A stretch of 64,000 nucleotides of DNA, taken from positions 29,202,001-29,266,000 of the forward strand of contig NC_088862.1 in assembly GCF_963853765.1 (NCBI RefSeq). Reading direction: 5' to 3'. A program made the translations under genes and the position numbers. A model generated the notes under the pieces. It made no database searches. It saw only the letters and a program-made list of their open reading frames with translations, and was not told the DNA's origin. This DNA is from Magallana gigas (taxonomy: Eukaryota). Every line of letters begins with the position of its first letter. The stretch's first letter is position 1. Shown here one piece after another: positions 50,875-64,000 of this stretch.

Positions 50875-51279
50875 CTCTTTCTCTCTCTCTGCATAAACAG
50901 TTCTATAAGTAATAATCATCTGAATTTAAAGTTCATACCTATTTCATCAAAGTGGGAAAATTTCTCATAAGGATGGGCCTTTACAGAGAATGTCTTTTCA
51001 TTGACTGCCTATCCTCATAAATCTTGTGTTTAGAATGTTGTAAAATATATTAGAGTAACATTTATCGTATTTCTGCTGTTTAAAATTGATAAAAACTCTG
51101 GAATGTGTTAATTTGTGGCTAGAGTCAGTTCAGTGATGTGACGATTAAATGATAAATTCAAGCGTAAAGGATAAAAGCAATTGCGATCTTTCACACTATA
51201 ATTATATATCTTATACAAGAGATGAAAAGATTCCTTTGCATATATCATGGTAACCTCATTTATTCAATAATGATATAAC

Positions 51280-54200
51280 CTCTCATATATAGGCCAACCA
51301 ATTCTAGACGGTATCTCTCTGGTGTATTTATGAGTTTGTACTTCTAGAATCATTGCTTTTTGATTCCCTTTTTCGTTGATGTCATGGCCAAAGAGTGCAA
51401 TTTTCAAGATAACAGTACTTAAAAAAAAATCAATCGAAGGTCAGAGAAAAGTATGGCTTTTTTAGAGAGCGGATTCACCGAAAAATGAATATTTGATCAA
51501 ATATGACATGGTTAATAAATAGATATAGGCTATTTTCACCATTGCACAATTCATATCAAGTCTACCATTGTAAATCCTGAGATTTTTGCTACCGCATAAA
51601 AGGATTTTGACAACAGCATGAAGTTAGTTTTAATAACAACAGTCCTACAAATCAACACAAGTTAACGAGAGTCGGGAGCCTTCGTTCTCTTTGACATACA
51701 TTGTAAGTAAATTGTGAATGTCTTTCAAGACACCCCTATGCATTGTCTCATCATTATGAAACTTGACCACCACATGTAATAATTGGCATTATAATTTTTG
51801 TCTAACATGCGTTTGAAGAAAATAATATTTTTCATGAAGTTATTGATATTATCGATAAAGTTTTAGCCTGTCGGGCTCAACCGATAGGTTTCAGTTTTAC
51901 AGATGAACAAAACTATCTTGAAATTAAAATTCGTGCAACCATTTTATCTCATATTATTAATGCAGCATTATTTGGCCAACATTATTCAAGAAGTTGGTCG
52001 TGATATTGCATAATTATTGATTATATATCAATATGAAGGATATATTTCCAGAAATAACGATATAAACTGAATTCATTAAAAAAACATGGAACATTTCCAA
52101 TGCCGACGACGTTTTCAAGACAACGTAAACGAGTTTCATAACCAAATATTTCTTTCAATCAAAAGTTAAACTAAAACTTTCTTCCTTTTTTTATTTTTTT
52201 TTTATTTTTTAACAATGGCTGATTACTAAGTTAAGACTCCTTTTTTAATAACATTGAAACGACATAACAATAATGGACAAACCATATATAAGAAATCATA
52301 TGAGTCCCATAACTGACAAAAGATTATCATGGAATAAAAACGTGTCAAAACCTAAGTGTAAGGTTTATTAAGAATAAAGGTATATATAGGTAATATAGGT
52401 AATATATTAAGTTATGGCTTGTTTCTCTTAGCTATAGGTCAGGAGATTCTATAATGTATCTTGCTGGTGTGATTATTAGTTTGTGCTTCCAGACTTTTAT
52501 CTTGTGATTTCTTTATCGTTGATGCCATGACCAAAAAGACCAATATTAAAGATAACAATATTAAAAACAATTGTCAGCTGCATGCAGGAAGTTAATCAGG
52601 GGTTTCTCGCAAAATTATGCAGTGCATGCCAAATTAATCTTCGATAAAGAATGACATGCTTATATGGATATCGACATATATCTTTTTTCATTCAGCAATA
52701 TATCATTTTTAATTAAGTAAATCTTGACAATAGATCAATCGCAAATAGAGCATATAAAACATGGTTTTTAATAATTGCAGCCTGGTACAAATCAAAATCG
52801 ATACATGTGAGAGAGATAATTATGTTTTCTTTGATATATTAAGTAACTTGTTCTTCCCTTCAAAGGCACCCCTATGCATTTTCCCATGATTATAACCAAT
52901 AACCGCCCAAGTTAATAATTGGTATGATTATTTTTATCTTGTATACGTTCGAAGAAAACATTATTTTTATGAAGTTATTGATATTATTGATAAGGTTGTC
53001 ATTTTTCTTGAAATATACAATCATAGCTCTTTTTAGCTTGTTGGTGTCAATCGATGTATTTTTTCTTTGAAGGAGAGAAGTTATCTTGAAATTAGAATTC
53101 GAACGATACCGTTGTCTCAAATGTAAAGCAATTGTTAACGGATATAAGTAAAGAATTCAAAGTAGGCGGCTTGATAATATATTGATCACAAACCACTTAG
53201 ACCGAACGTCTTCTAAAAAAGGGTTGAAATATCTGTAAAAATCATCACCCCTTCACAGTGTTTTGCCAGTGTGTTCATGTTGAAGTAAACGCATTTGATA
53301 AAATAAAAAAATCATTTTTAAACAAAAGCATTTTCTCCACGAAACAAGCGATGAAAATGAATACTTTCCAATGGTGAGAATAATCAATTAGTTTGTTTCC
53401 CAGTTTATATTCTTCTTTTTAGTGTTTTGCCTGGTCAACAATTGATGATTATCAAGTTAAAAGAACATAGTTTTCATCATAATTGGAAAAACAATATCCA
53501 AGAACAGAAGACATTGGAAGCAAAATTACAATAATGAACAGACCATACAATAAATCTAATGAACCTCCAGGCAAGCGAGAGATATTGACAAAGGACAATC
53601 GTGCAATACAGACGTGTCAAAATTGATCGCAATGTTATTCTGGATAGGAAAAAAAATTCCCATTTCTTAACTGGAAACGAATAGTTAAAACTACTTCCAC
53701 TGCTGAAGTATGTCTATAATTCTGTTTAAATATATTTAGCTAGACATATATTTTAATGTAAGCCGTGTGACAAAATTGATTGCAGAGTTTACTAAATTTT
53801 AAAAGAAATTAGGATAAATAGCAGTTTAGGCGACAATGCACTTTGCATCTTTTTTTTTTTTGCTAGCTTCTGGTCTAGCGTTTAAGTCAATATCATTGCA
53901 CATGTTATTTATGTAGCACTCTGTGAATATAGGATATGATAGATGTAGCTATAGCTAAGCTTTCTACACAAAGGTCTGTTATGTCTTTGGCATCTCACAT
54001 AGAAATTGTTTTAATGGCACTGTATATCCCATACCTACAGGCAGTGTTTTGAAACGATCATGGCTTAATAAAGCCAATCAGAGAGGACAAATCTTGTAGA
54101 CAAGGGTTTTTACAAAGATTTGCAGATGTCTTTAGTTTTTTAACAAAATTTTGCTCAAAATCAACGCACACTATCTTAATTTATATAATATAGACAGGGC

Positions 54201-54520
54201 AAATTTGATTGAAAATATATAAGAGCGAACAACAAATGTCTAAGTCGTTTTAAAAGACCTCGAACTTTAATCTGTGTTCAAGGTCAATGCAACCATTCAT
54301 TCAAAAGTCATTTGTGTGCAGAATAGAGAGTTAGATTTGGTCAATAATAGGATAAAATACGGTTTGAACAAGTATTTTATCATAGGTCTGTACATGAGAG
54401 AAAGAAATATGCTCCGAACATGTGATGTCAGACTGGTGAAAAGACTAAAGGACTGATACTTCAAGATACTGATTAGAGAGCAGAACACTAAACGAAATGT
54501 GTGTCGATAAGTGTGTCGAG

Positions 54521-54589
<69 letters not shown>

Positions 54590-56740
54590 CCTGATCACAT
54601 TAACCACTTTGCAAAACAGTCAAGTTTGCATCCAGGGTTGAGGAGCCCTGGGATCGCCAGTACTTTTGCAGTAAATCTTTAACCAAACTCTTCTGTAGAA
54701 AACGGGATACAGAATGTTATTTTTGATTATTTTAAGAAACTTCCAGCTCTATTTTACATCCAGCTCTAATTCACACAAAAAATTAATGAATGAAAAACTG
54801 ATAGTGTACATCAATATTAGATTTTTTTATCGTTGATGCATTCTTAACGTGTCATGTATTATTTCACTATAACGTATTGAGAATAAATTACCTATTCTTT
54901 GTAAGATCTTACTTTAAATAGTCATTGAACGGAAGGAATCTAAGAAACAAATGATTACGACAAATGTTCGGCTTTAAACATGCGGTACACATTTAAAGCA
55001 ACTTAATACTTCATTAAGGTCCATCCTTATTAGGAGTTAGATACTTTAATTAAATATGCATGAAATTAAAATTAAAAGGATATTGAAGAATTTAAAATAA
55101 AAAAATAATAATTCTTTATCACCTGACAATTTTCAACATTTCTATAGGACCATACTTTATATAATCGTTAGTTTGTTCTTTTAATTCATATGCTTATAGT
55201 TTCAAATTCTTATCATCATCTGAATAATTTCAGCGTTTTTATGACCGAAAAATCAAGATATAATAAGTTTTGAATTCGAATTCTTAATGATATTGTAACA
55301 AAGAAATGCATTGATTATTTTTTATTAACATACATGCTTTTAAAACAGAAACGTACTATAAAAATGATTGAAATGGTCGCATTAAACAAAAGTATAGAAC
55401 AGCTATCATCATTTAAATACTACGCACGTTATATTCCTGTTCTTAGTCTAAACTAACGACTGCATTTGAATTGATTCAATCATATACATTTATTGCTAAG
55501 ATATGGGTTGATGCTACGAACGATTATCAATTCAGGGTAAAAAAAAAAAACCGATTTATATTCATATATTATTTCCACTTTTTATCGTACGGTAACCTCC
55601 TTTGACTATATTTCTTAAATATAGAGGTCAACTTTTTTTTTTAGACATTGTTTTACCGCTGATAATATCAGTATTAAACAAAATCAGCAGAGGGTCGAAA
55701 CAAAATTGTGGCTTTTCAGAAAAGCAAAGCATAGAATGTCAAACGAATCTCTGATTAAGTATGACATGCCTATATGGATATCGACCTACTTTATAGAAGC
55801 AGCATTTGTATCAATTCTAATATTGTAAATCATGAGAATGTTTAACTGCAGAAAAGAGTGTCGACAACGGCATATGGTCGATTTTCTTATAACTGCAGTC
55901 CTACAAATCAACATAAATTGAAGTGAGAATTGATCCTTTGTTCTCTTTGATATATGTAACTGCTCGCTCCCTTCAAAGACTTTGCTTTGCAGTTTTTTCT
56001 TTATTACGACGCATGACCGCACCCGTTAATATTTGGTATGATTATTTCTATCGTTTATGCGTTCGAAGAAAACATTATTTTTATGACGTTATTGATATAA
56101 TTGATAAGGTTGTCATTTTTCTTCAGATATACACAAGTATAGCTCTATTTTAGCCTGTTTGGTGTCAATCGATATTTTCTTTCTTCAAAAACAGAGAAGC
56201 TATATAAAAAATAAAACTCTAACTATTCTTTTGTCTTACTGCAATGTTTGGCCAATATATCCTATCGAGAAGTCGACCGCGTGATTTCATATTCAATTGA
56301 CCATGTATCAATATGAAGATATACCTTTCAGAAAAAAAAATAAAAACAAAATAGTGAAATCTTAAAAAAAAAATCATTAAAAACTCATATTGAGGTAAAC
56401 GACTTTCACAATAAAACTCAATCATTACAATAAAACGACAAGAAACAAGCCCTGAGAATAATTATTTTTCCCCAGTAGGAATACCAAATTAGTCTGTTTT
56501 CCAATTCTTCTCTCCCTTTGTGGTCTACATCGTAAATTTATGGTTGGTTATTAAGTTAGAGAACGCTGTTTATTATCATATTTGACAAAAAAAAATCTAC
56601 ATTCAAGAATGGCACATGAGCGAACAAAACTACAGCAGTTGGCAGATCATAAAATAAATCTAATGAGCCCTCTGGCAGGCGAGATAGATTGAAGAAAGAT
56701 TATCTTGCAATAAAAATGTGTCAAATTTGATCGAAAGTTC
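51280..56740. repeat. Three degenerate same-orientation paralogous segments (~51280-52120, ~52440-53640, ~55750-56740)
   Basis: Shared strings include CGTT.GAAGAAAA.A.TATTTTT.ATGA.GTTATTGATAT.AT.GATAA.GTT (all three), CACCCCTATGCATT (copies 1, 2), ATGACATGC.TATATGGATATCGAC and AATAAATCTAATGA.CC (copies 2, 3). Boundaries approximate. Confidence 0.75.
54524..54583. repeat. (CT)n microsatellite
   Basis: Direct reading. Confidence 0.97.
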
Positions 56741-58454
56741 TATCAATAATTCACATAGTTTCACATAGAGAGTCATGAATTTTCACACCTAGAGTCACTA
56801 TGTTTACCTATGTTTAGGTAGAAATACACAAACGTGTAATGTTTTAAATTTTCAAAATGCATTAAAATTTTGTAACACGCCTAGATAACATTTGATGGCA
56901 TCTGTAATATCTTTATAAAAATCAATTCTTATTCAGCAATTTGTTCGTTTGAGGCCATTATAATTGTATAATATGGAACCTATATTTTACTGGAATTGTA
57001 AGTTGTATTTTAGCAATTTGAATGGGGAATAAGCTGGCATACCTATAGTAAGAAGTTGTTGATGGCTTGTAATCAGCTAAAATAAATCGATTGACACAGT
57101 TTGGGATCTTTGGCTGTGCTTACTTGCACTTTGATATTTAACTGTTAACAATAAACTGAATAGCATGACCTTGATTCCAAAGGCTGCAGCTATCTGATTA
57201 GATTGGCCAATGTTACCCAGGTGAGCGATGTGGCCATTACCTACCTCTCTTGTAATTTGTCATACAGTTAATGAATGAGATGAATTCGTATATGACTTGA
57301 AATGAATTTGTTCAAACATTTATGAGTATTCTAGAACACGCAACAATTTAGCGAATTAATATCATATATATGTGCGCATAAACACCATAGAAATCGCCTT
57401 CAGTTCCGAAAGACTTAATTTGTAGACAGGTATCAAACTTATTATTAATGGCACATCGTCAACATTTTCTCAAACTCCTTTCTTCACTCTTATAAAAGCT
57501 TATACCATGGGGATACAGAAAGTGATAAAGCCTTCGATAAAAACGAGACTGCTAATCAAATTTATATCGATCGGCGAGTCGAGGATGGCTGACAGCTTTT
57601 GTGGCTTTGGGAGGGCACATCATTGTGTTAGTATAAATAGAACCCCGGTCTTTTGAGGGAAGACCACTCAGTTTGGGGAAAGATTATCTCGCTGGAAACT
57701 GACGGAAATGAGGAGTGCAAAGTCGAACCACTTCGCATTGAATCAGACAGATGCTAGTCGGATTTATATAGAGGCGTTTACAAGCACTTTGTTTTACTTA
57801 TATAACGTCTATATGGGGAAAATACAAGTATAAATACACTCAGAATGATTAATTTTACGATATTTTCATGATGTGCTTTTTGTGCTCTAATGTCGTATCA
57901 TTTCCGTGTTTCTTTTTTTCACGCCATCCACTCACAGATTGAGCTGATTTTACTTGAATAATCAAGTAGATTAAAATTCTCTTACTCGAAAGGGGCGCAT
58001 AAGTAAGAGTATATGAGTTAAATGGTTTATGAAAATCTTTTCTTATATATCTCAAGGCGTGGATCTTGGATTTTTCTTCGCTGCCCATTGCTGCTTGTTG
58101 CATATCTGCTTTTTAGGTACTTTAATACATGCATAAAATGTGAAGGCATTCTGGTGGTGGTGTGGGGGGAGGGGGGGGGGGTTGTTTGGAGTAAGGGAAG
58201 GGGGTCCGACCTTCCATTCATTATATTTCTTTCGGGCAATGTTTCGAACTTACAGGGAAAAAAATATTTTACAAGGGAAAAAACACAAGATTTTACGACT
58301 ACAATATAGACTGATCTGCTCTCCAACTTTTTATATGAAAAACAAAATAAAGATAAGAAAATAGTAAACCATTCCTACTTTTCCTAAATCGTTGCACAGT
58401 GGAGGAACGGGAAGATCGGGATTTTAATAAGAAACTTTTCTGGATACTATAATT

Positions 58455-58926
58455 CATAGGCGTCAGAACCGGGGGGGGGGGGGGGGGGGGGGGGGCTAGG
58501 GTGGCTAAGCCCCCCCCCTTTTTTTGCAAAGTTATACCTAACCATTAGAAACATAGCATTAAAGAGGGTTCAGCCCCCCCCCCCCACCCCCCCACCCCAC
58601 ACTTTTTCTCGCAGAAAGATTATTGTTCCTAAATCTACCTTGAAAGATTGAGAGTTTGGATTCAGAAGCATACTAGCTCCCCCCCCCCCACCCCCCCCCC
58701 CCACCCCCAACGGATTAGGAATATCATGATTTGTGAAAAAAAATTGGGTAAGTAAGTTTTTTTTCTTTTGCACATGTAGGTATACTCCCCCCCCCTCCCC
58801 CCCCCCCCCCCCCCCACGGATTAGGATTTCCATGATTTTGGGAATTACTTTTTTCTCAATATTTCTGAGGATTAGTCTAGCCCCCCCCCCCCCCCCCCCA
58901 CTTTCGATTTGCTTCCGACGCCAATG
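58455..58926. mobile_element. Poly-G/poly-C-rich MITE
   Basis: Imperfect inverted ends CATAGGCGTCAGAA / TTCCGACGCCAATG; multiple homopolymer runs. Confidence 0.6.
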
Positions 58927-59548
58927 AATAATCATAATAAAGAGGCTTGAGTCAAGGAAATGATAAAAAAAAATTACTAAATGTAAATGTATATGAGTAC
59001 GATTACCTTTTAGCCCATGGTAACCCACCCCCCCCCCCCCCACGTTAATTCAATATCACATAAACAATAATAAATGGCGAGGGAAGGGCTATCAAACAAT
59101 ACATAATTAACCGAAACAAACAGCCTCAACGACTAAACATAACTCTTCTTGGCAATTTATACTTAACTCTTCTCCCCAAAAAAGGTCATATAATCTGATA
59201 AAAATCTCATCATATGCGAGTTCACCGCACCATACCATCTGCATCCGGTCGATTGCTACCACGTTCACGTTCAAATGAGTTGTACCCAGGAGAACAATAA
59301 ATTTCACTCATAAGTAAACATGCAGCTTTTTTTTCCCTCACTTGCAGTTCCAATTATCATTAATTGTTTTCCTTTTTTTCTCTCTCTTTTATGGAGGGTG
59401 GGGGTGATCTTATTAAGTCCAGTGATGAGCCTATCGATGCCGGGTCATAAATCTAAATAAAACGCTTCTACTGACCACGGTGCGTCAGATCATTAGTATG
59501 CCCTTAATCGCATTTACCTATAAGGTCCGGAGATGTAGTGTCCGTGCG

Positions 59549-59631
59549 TATTAAAAGGAGGTGCGGGGAAAGCGGCTCTCCAGTAGTCAACTGGAAGCTG
59601 TCTTTTGCCTCCTCTTTTTATACAGGTAAGA
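59549..59631 (+). promoter_or_regulatory. Candidate core promoter plus short first exon (TATA-like box, Inr-like CCAGT, donor CAG|GTAAGA at 59626)
   Basis: TATTAAAAGG at 59549, ~33 nt before CCAGT, inside a CpG-richer island; strong donor 44 nt downstream. Confidence 0.35.
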
Positions 59632-60483
59632 TCATATTAAGATACTTGCGCGGTTTAAATAAAAGTTAACAAAAATGATTCAGAAGGTTCAAGTAAATTC
59701 AGAGTTTTTGTAATCAATGTTTATTGTTATAAATTATACATTATATTATATTGTGGAATTTGATTGGAATGTTTTATTAGTAAACTTGAATAAAAGAAGT
59801 AGTCAACTTGAAACTGTCTTTTGCCTCCTCTTTTTATACATGGAAAGGGCTACTCCCAAGGTTGAGGAGGAGAGAATTCTGGGTTATATAACGTGGCACA
59901 GACAACGCCAGGTGTCTGGTCAAGGACGAACAAGGTCCCGAGGATCAAACTAACTGAAATATCGTATTAAGCGAAATCCTAGTACGATACTATAATGTAG
60001 TAAAGTAAAATTTCACAAATGTCAGGTTTTAAATTTGAGTAGTTTTCTGTACCTTTATACAGGGCCTGCCCCCCCCCCCCCCCCACTTTTTGCGCAGCAA
60101 AGATTTTTCTTAAATTTACATACAAAAAATTGAATCAACATGGAGTTGCCCCCCCCCCCCCCCACTTTTCTGTGACCATGTAAAAACTGAATTGAAAATA
60201 AGGAAATAAACAGTGAAATAGAAGTGAAAAGTATACCTAGGATTTTGGAAAGTAACCTTCCCCCCCCTTTTTTTGTTGCTTGTCCAGATTTTTTGGATGA
60301 GTCTGCCCCCCCCCCCCACTCCCACTTTAAAAACGATGCTACGTTCCTGAAAGAAATGAAGCTGTTGACCTGAAAAATATTTCATTTCATTATGGCTCAA
60401 ATGCCTTTTTGACATTAAATTTTACCTACAAAAATTAGAAGTTCCACATAATTTCGTACAGCAAATTCCTATTTTCCGTACCT

Positions 60484-60484
<1 letters not shown>

Positions 60485-60550
<66 letters not shown>
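60485..60550. repeat. (AG)n microsatellite
   Basis: Direct reading. Confidence 0.97.
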
Positions 60551-60551
<1 letters not shown>

Positions 60552-60660
60552 ATGCGAGTGTGAGTTAATCCATCTCTATGCACACATGCATTTATTATCG
60601 TTGAACGTCTCTATATGCATGTACTGTAGACAGTCCGGACAACGTAACGGAAAGAATGGC

Positions 60661-60876
60661 ACTACTGTATAAAACTGAAATGAAAGTGACTATTGTGTAA
60701 CACGAAAATGGAAGTTACTACTGTGTAACACAGAAATGAAAGTTACTACCGTGATGAAAACACGGAAAGAAAAGTTACTACTGTGTAACACGAAAATGAA
60801 AGTTACTACTGTGAAACACAAAAATAAAAGTTACTTATGTGTAACACGGAAAGGAAAGTTACGACTGCGAAACAAC
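60661..60876. repeat. ~28-bp minisatellite, 7 units plus a partial
   Basis: Consensus ACTACTGTGTAACACGAAAATGAAAGTT. Confidence 0.9.
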
Positions 60877-60918
60877 TCTTTGAAAGCCTGATGTCTGTCT
60901 GTGCAGTCTATATATCTG

Positions 60919-61169
60919 TAGCTACATATAGAACCATTTTAACAAGACCTTGGACTTTCAGTATAGGACGTAGCTATCTATTTCTTGCGACAAAACAAGT
61001 TATTAATGACCTGGTTTCAGTCGAAATATACACGTATTGCGTAGTCTTAGCTCAAAAGCGAAATAAATCTTGTTGATTTCAAAGAGCCATTGCTGAGTGG
61101 TCTACAATGAAATAGACAGGCCTACGTCACATTGCCAAGCTCTTGTTAAAATGGTTCTAAATGTAGCTA
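60919..61169. mobile_element. 251-bp element with 35-bp inverted ends (MITE-like)
   Basis: TAGCTACATATAGAACCATTTTAACAAGACCTTGG / CCAAGCTCTTGTTAAAATGGTTCTAAATGTAGCTA (2 mismatches). Confidence 0.75.
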
Positions 61170-62955
61170 TAATAGTTTTGATCTTTTATGAAATAATCAC
61201 GTACGTACGATAAACTCATAAGCACGATTTGATTTCAGTCATAACTTTTAACATTTTCCTTGACATTAACTGGTAGTTTGATTATTTTTAAAAAAATAAA
61301 TCCACCATTTGTTGGAAAGCAATTTTTTTTTTAAAGTTCAAGGAGGAATAGCGTATATTCATTTAAATATATGTATTTTTATCTAAACTGATCTGTTTTT
61401 ATCACTAGCAGTGTGAACACAACTTGATACTTTGGGAGGACAGGAAAAATACATGTACTAAAGTTAGTAGATATTTAAGGTGGCCAGATACTGAGCAAAT
61501 TCACCCATTTGCTCTGCATTTAAATTTCAAATTCTATTTTCAGCCTTTAATAACTTGATTGTATCATTAATAAAAAAAAAATTCAAATATTCTAGGCTTG
61601 AAAAATTGGGTATTTTTTTTTTAGATTTCTAAGTATACACATCTTTATATAGAAATTTTCGTCTTGAGGAGATTACAATAGTTTTATAATGCCAACGGCC
61701 ATCAAGCCCTCTTTGTAAACATGTCTACCATATGCACCCTCTAGTGTATTGCGTTATATAATCTATCGATCCTGGCAAATACATGTTTTTTCCCATGCAT
61801 AAGCCAATTAACAAAATGTGGTCCCGGGAGCCCGTGCATTAGCCATATCCATCGGAATGAGCCGGAACTCATTTGGAGCTCTTATGATTGGCGTTCCCAA
61901 AAGATTGGTTTAACATAGAAATTTCTCGTTAATGTACTCAAATTGCAGAATGGGCTGTTAAATGCTTCTGAGCGAAAGTGTTTATTAGTAAATGGAATAT
62001 ATATATCGAGTTTCTAAACCTTTTTTCACCAATATACGTACTTTGATTCGGCTTATTACCACATTTAGTTGAACAAAGAAATAGCTTTTACCAAGTTTCA
62101 AAAAGGCTTAACCTAACCCCCCCCCCCCACCCCACCCCCCCCCCCCCCCCCCCCACAACGCTTCCCGATATAAAATCTTCCTACAATTTTACAGAAAGAT
62201 TTTGCATTTACTACCACACGGTAGGTTCAAGATTTACAAAATAACACGTCTATCACACCAACATTACCTTTTATGTCTTGAGCAAAACTAATTCTAGAGT
62301 CGAAAACGACAACCATAACGTCAACGGATATTCTTCGTTTTTGAAATTCCAACTTAAATTTCAAATATTAGATTGATTTTACCCATAAGCACTCGTATTT
62401 CCTGTGGTACGGTTCTGATTCATTTTAAGGCGACTGTGTGGTCAGTAAAGCAGCAATAATTAATTTTTAGAATTTTTTAAGCCTCTACGTTTATCTGAAA
62501 AAGAAAATTCCACAATATGTAACGTTCAAATTCAATATTATTTGAGTGTCTGCCTATGTGTTTGGAATCCCCCGCAATTAATTCCCTCAGTGTAAAAGAT
62601 GCACGATACTTTGAATATCTACATTGTCCATTTGGAAGGAAATGAGCGATAACTCTAAATGCTCCGTGCTTTGCGAAAATAAAAGTGGCTTGCTAAATAC
62701 GACCGGTGAACGAAAGAGATTTATTCATGTTTTAAATTACCATTACTTTTAAAATTACGCACTCGTCCCTATTTTTGTCTGCTAAATTTAGGAATCTGAC
62801 TTATCCACAGGGCAAAGTCTTTTGCTGTGCGGCATCTCACAAATCTTTTAAGAAATAAATGTAATAGTTTTACAGTATAACATTTAGTTAGTGATATTCA
62901 TGTAAACTACTCCATCGCGTCAGAAAAAAAAGTAGCAGCACAATATATAAAAAAG

Positions 62956-62958
<3 letters not shown>

Positions 62959-63016
<58 letters not shown>
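62959..63016. repeat. (AT)n microsatellite
   Basis: Direct reading. Confidence 0.97.
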
Positions 63017-63020
<4 letters not shown>

Positions 63021-63958
63021 AACCTCTTTAGGTTTTCAGAAATTCATGACCATTAGTTTCGCAAATTTACTTTTTTCCACATTTTATCATTCGGCTTTCT
63101 CTCCCTAAATGAAATTTGTGATGAAATTTTACGTGATTTGGGATATTCTTCAGACGTCACCAGACAGAGGAATTTCCCAAAAGGGATTTGTCGCACTTTT
63201 GCGCCACCTTTCAATATACATTATTCGGTGTTCAGGTTGCATGCTTGCTTCAAAAGAACAAATTAAATTCACACTGCATAAAGTATTTTCAAAAAGAATC
63301 GGGTATTTGAGTGGCTATTTTTAATGATTGCATTTCTAAGTCACTATTGCATTACTCATGCATGCCCTTAGCAGTCAAACACGTAAAGACAAATTACTAC
63401 TCTCTAACACGTTTTGTCTGGCTTCTAGATCAAATTGGCTAGCGTTTTATTCAGGGGGAACTCTAATATGTTCGATAAACCGTGCTGTAATCCTCTTTCA
63501 TCTTTTATATACATACCCGGACTTAGTATGCGTTGAGTTTAATACTCGATTTAAATACCGAACCCAAAAAACTCCTTACATGACTCAATATTAGTTGAAT
63601 TCATTTGACGCGTTGTCGATTTAAATGTTCCAGTATAGACCAAGTTATCAGGCGGCTCTGACACAAGGAAAGTTAATGATTCAAAGTCTTGTCATTGAAT
63701 GACTGTTTGTTGATACTGACAACCTAGTGCAACGGTGTATTCATATCGCGTGCAGCGAGTGTGTTGTAAATAATTTAAGTCTCACTCGCTAGTTGCAATA
63801 GGCATCTACCATAGTTAATTTGTTGCCGGATTTATCTCCCTTTAACGCAGATTAAAGAAATGTGTCCGATTGGCTGGGATGCTTGAACAGACAATTCTGA
63901 CTGAAACTTGAAAAGATGCTTCTCAGTGCGCATGCGTTTCAGACATGAAACTGACATC

Positions 63959-64000
63959 ATGGGATGTACTTCGAGCATGTCCAGAAGGAACTCTGAGGCC
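63959..64000 (+). CDS. Possible start of a gene running off the window (MGCTSSMSRRNSEA...)
   Basis: atcATGg context; MGCxxS dual-acylation pattern; inverted CCAAT (~63869) and NRF1-like TGCGCATGCG (63927-63936) upstream. Only 14 codons are visible. Confidence 0.35.
   Translation, partial: MGCTSSMSRRNSEA

Noticed and set aside
58022-59043. Gly/Pro-rich ORFs (58299-58529, 58570-59043, 58733-58927; also 60116-60415)
   Set aside because: They derive from poly-G/poly-C runs in MITE-like repeats.
59107-59307. 66-aa minus-strand ORF MKFIVLLGTTH...
   Set aside because: No recognisable domain, and no supporting splice sites or promoter that I could establish.
60661-60876. CRISPR-like appearance of the 28-bp repeats (also the 41-, 47- and 59-bp arrays)
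   Set aside because: Units are head-to-tail with no unique spacers, no cas genes are present, and the DNA is eukaryotic.

Overview
AT-rich, intron-containing animal genomic DNA. The repeat content and expanded intronless TRIM genes suggest a bivalve such as an oyster (inference). Genes, in order: (1) the 3' 17 coding exons of CCDC93 (494-12581, +; 5' end outside the window), which splice into one open 490-aa frame; (2) an intact intronless RING/B-box/coiled-coil/beta-propeller TRIM gene (14067-15971) and its frameshifted tandem paralogue (20165-22122); (3) a two-exon paraxis/scleraxis-type bHLH gene (TCF15-like, 27478-30974); (4) a RING-less B-box/NHL TRIM-like gene (34474-36189); (5) a probable spliced minus-strand gene for a 101-aa single-pass membrane protein (43946-44251); (6) a possible MGCTSS.. 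gene start at the window edge. The rest is MITE/foldback elements, a pogo-like relic, a LINE fragment, micro/minisatellites and a 180-N gap. The most notable observations are three independent ~8-unit tandem arrays in CCDC93 that each amplify a real splice site, and a 37-bp perfectly conserved element with back-to-back IRF/ISRE-like sites just upstream of both TRIM paralogues. No prokaryotic features (CRISPR, rRNA, tRNA) were seen. All calls come from manual reading; no searches were run.
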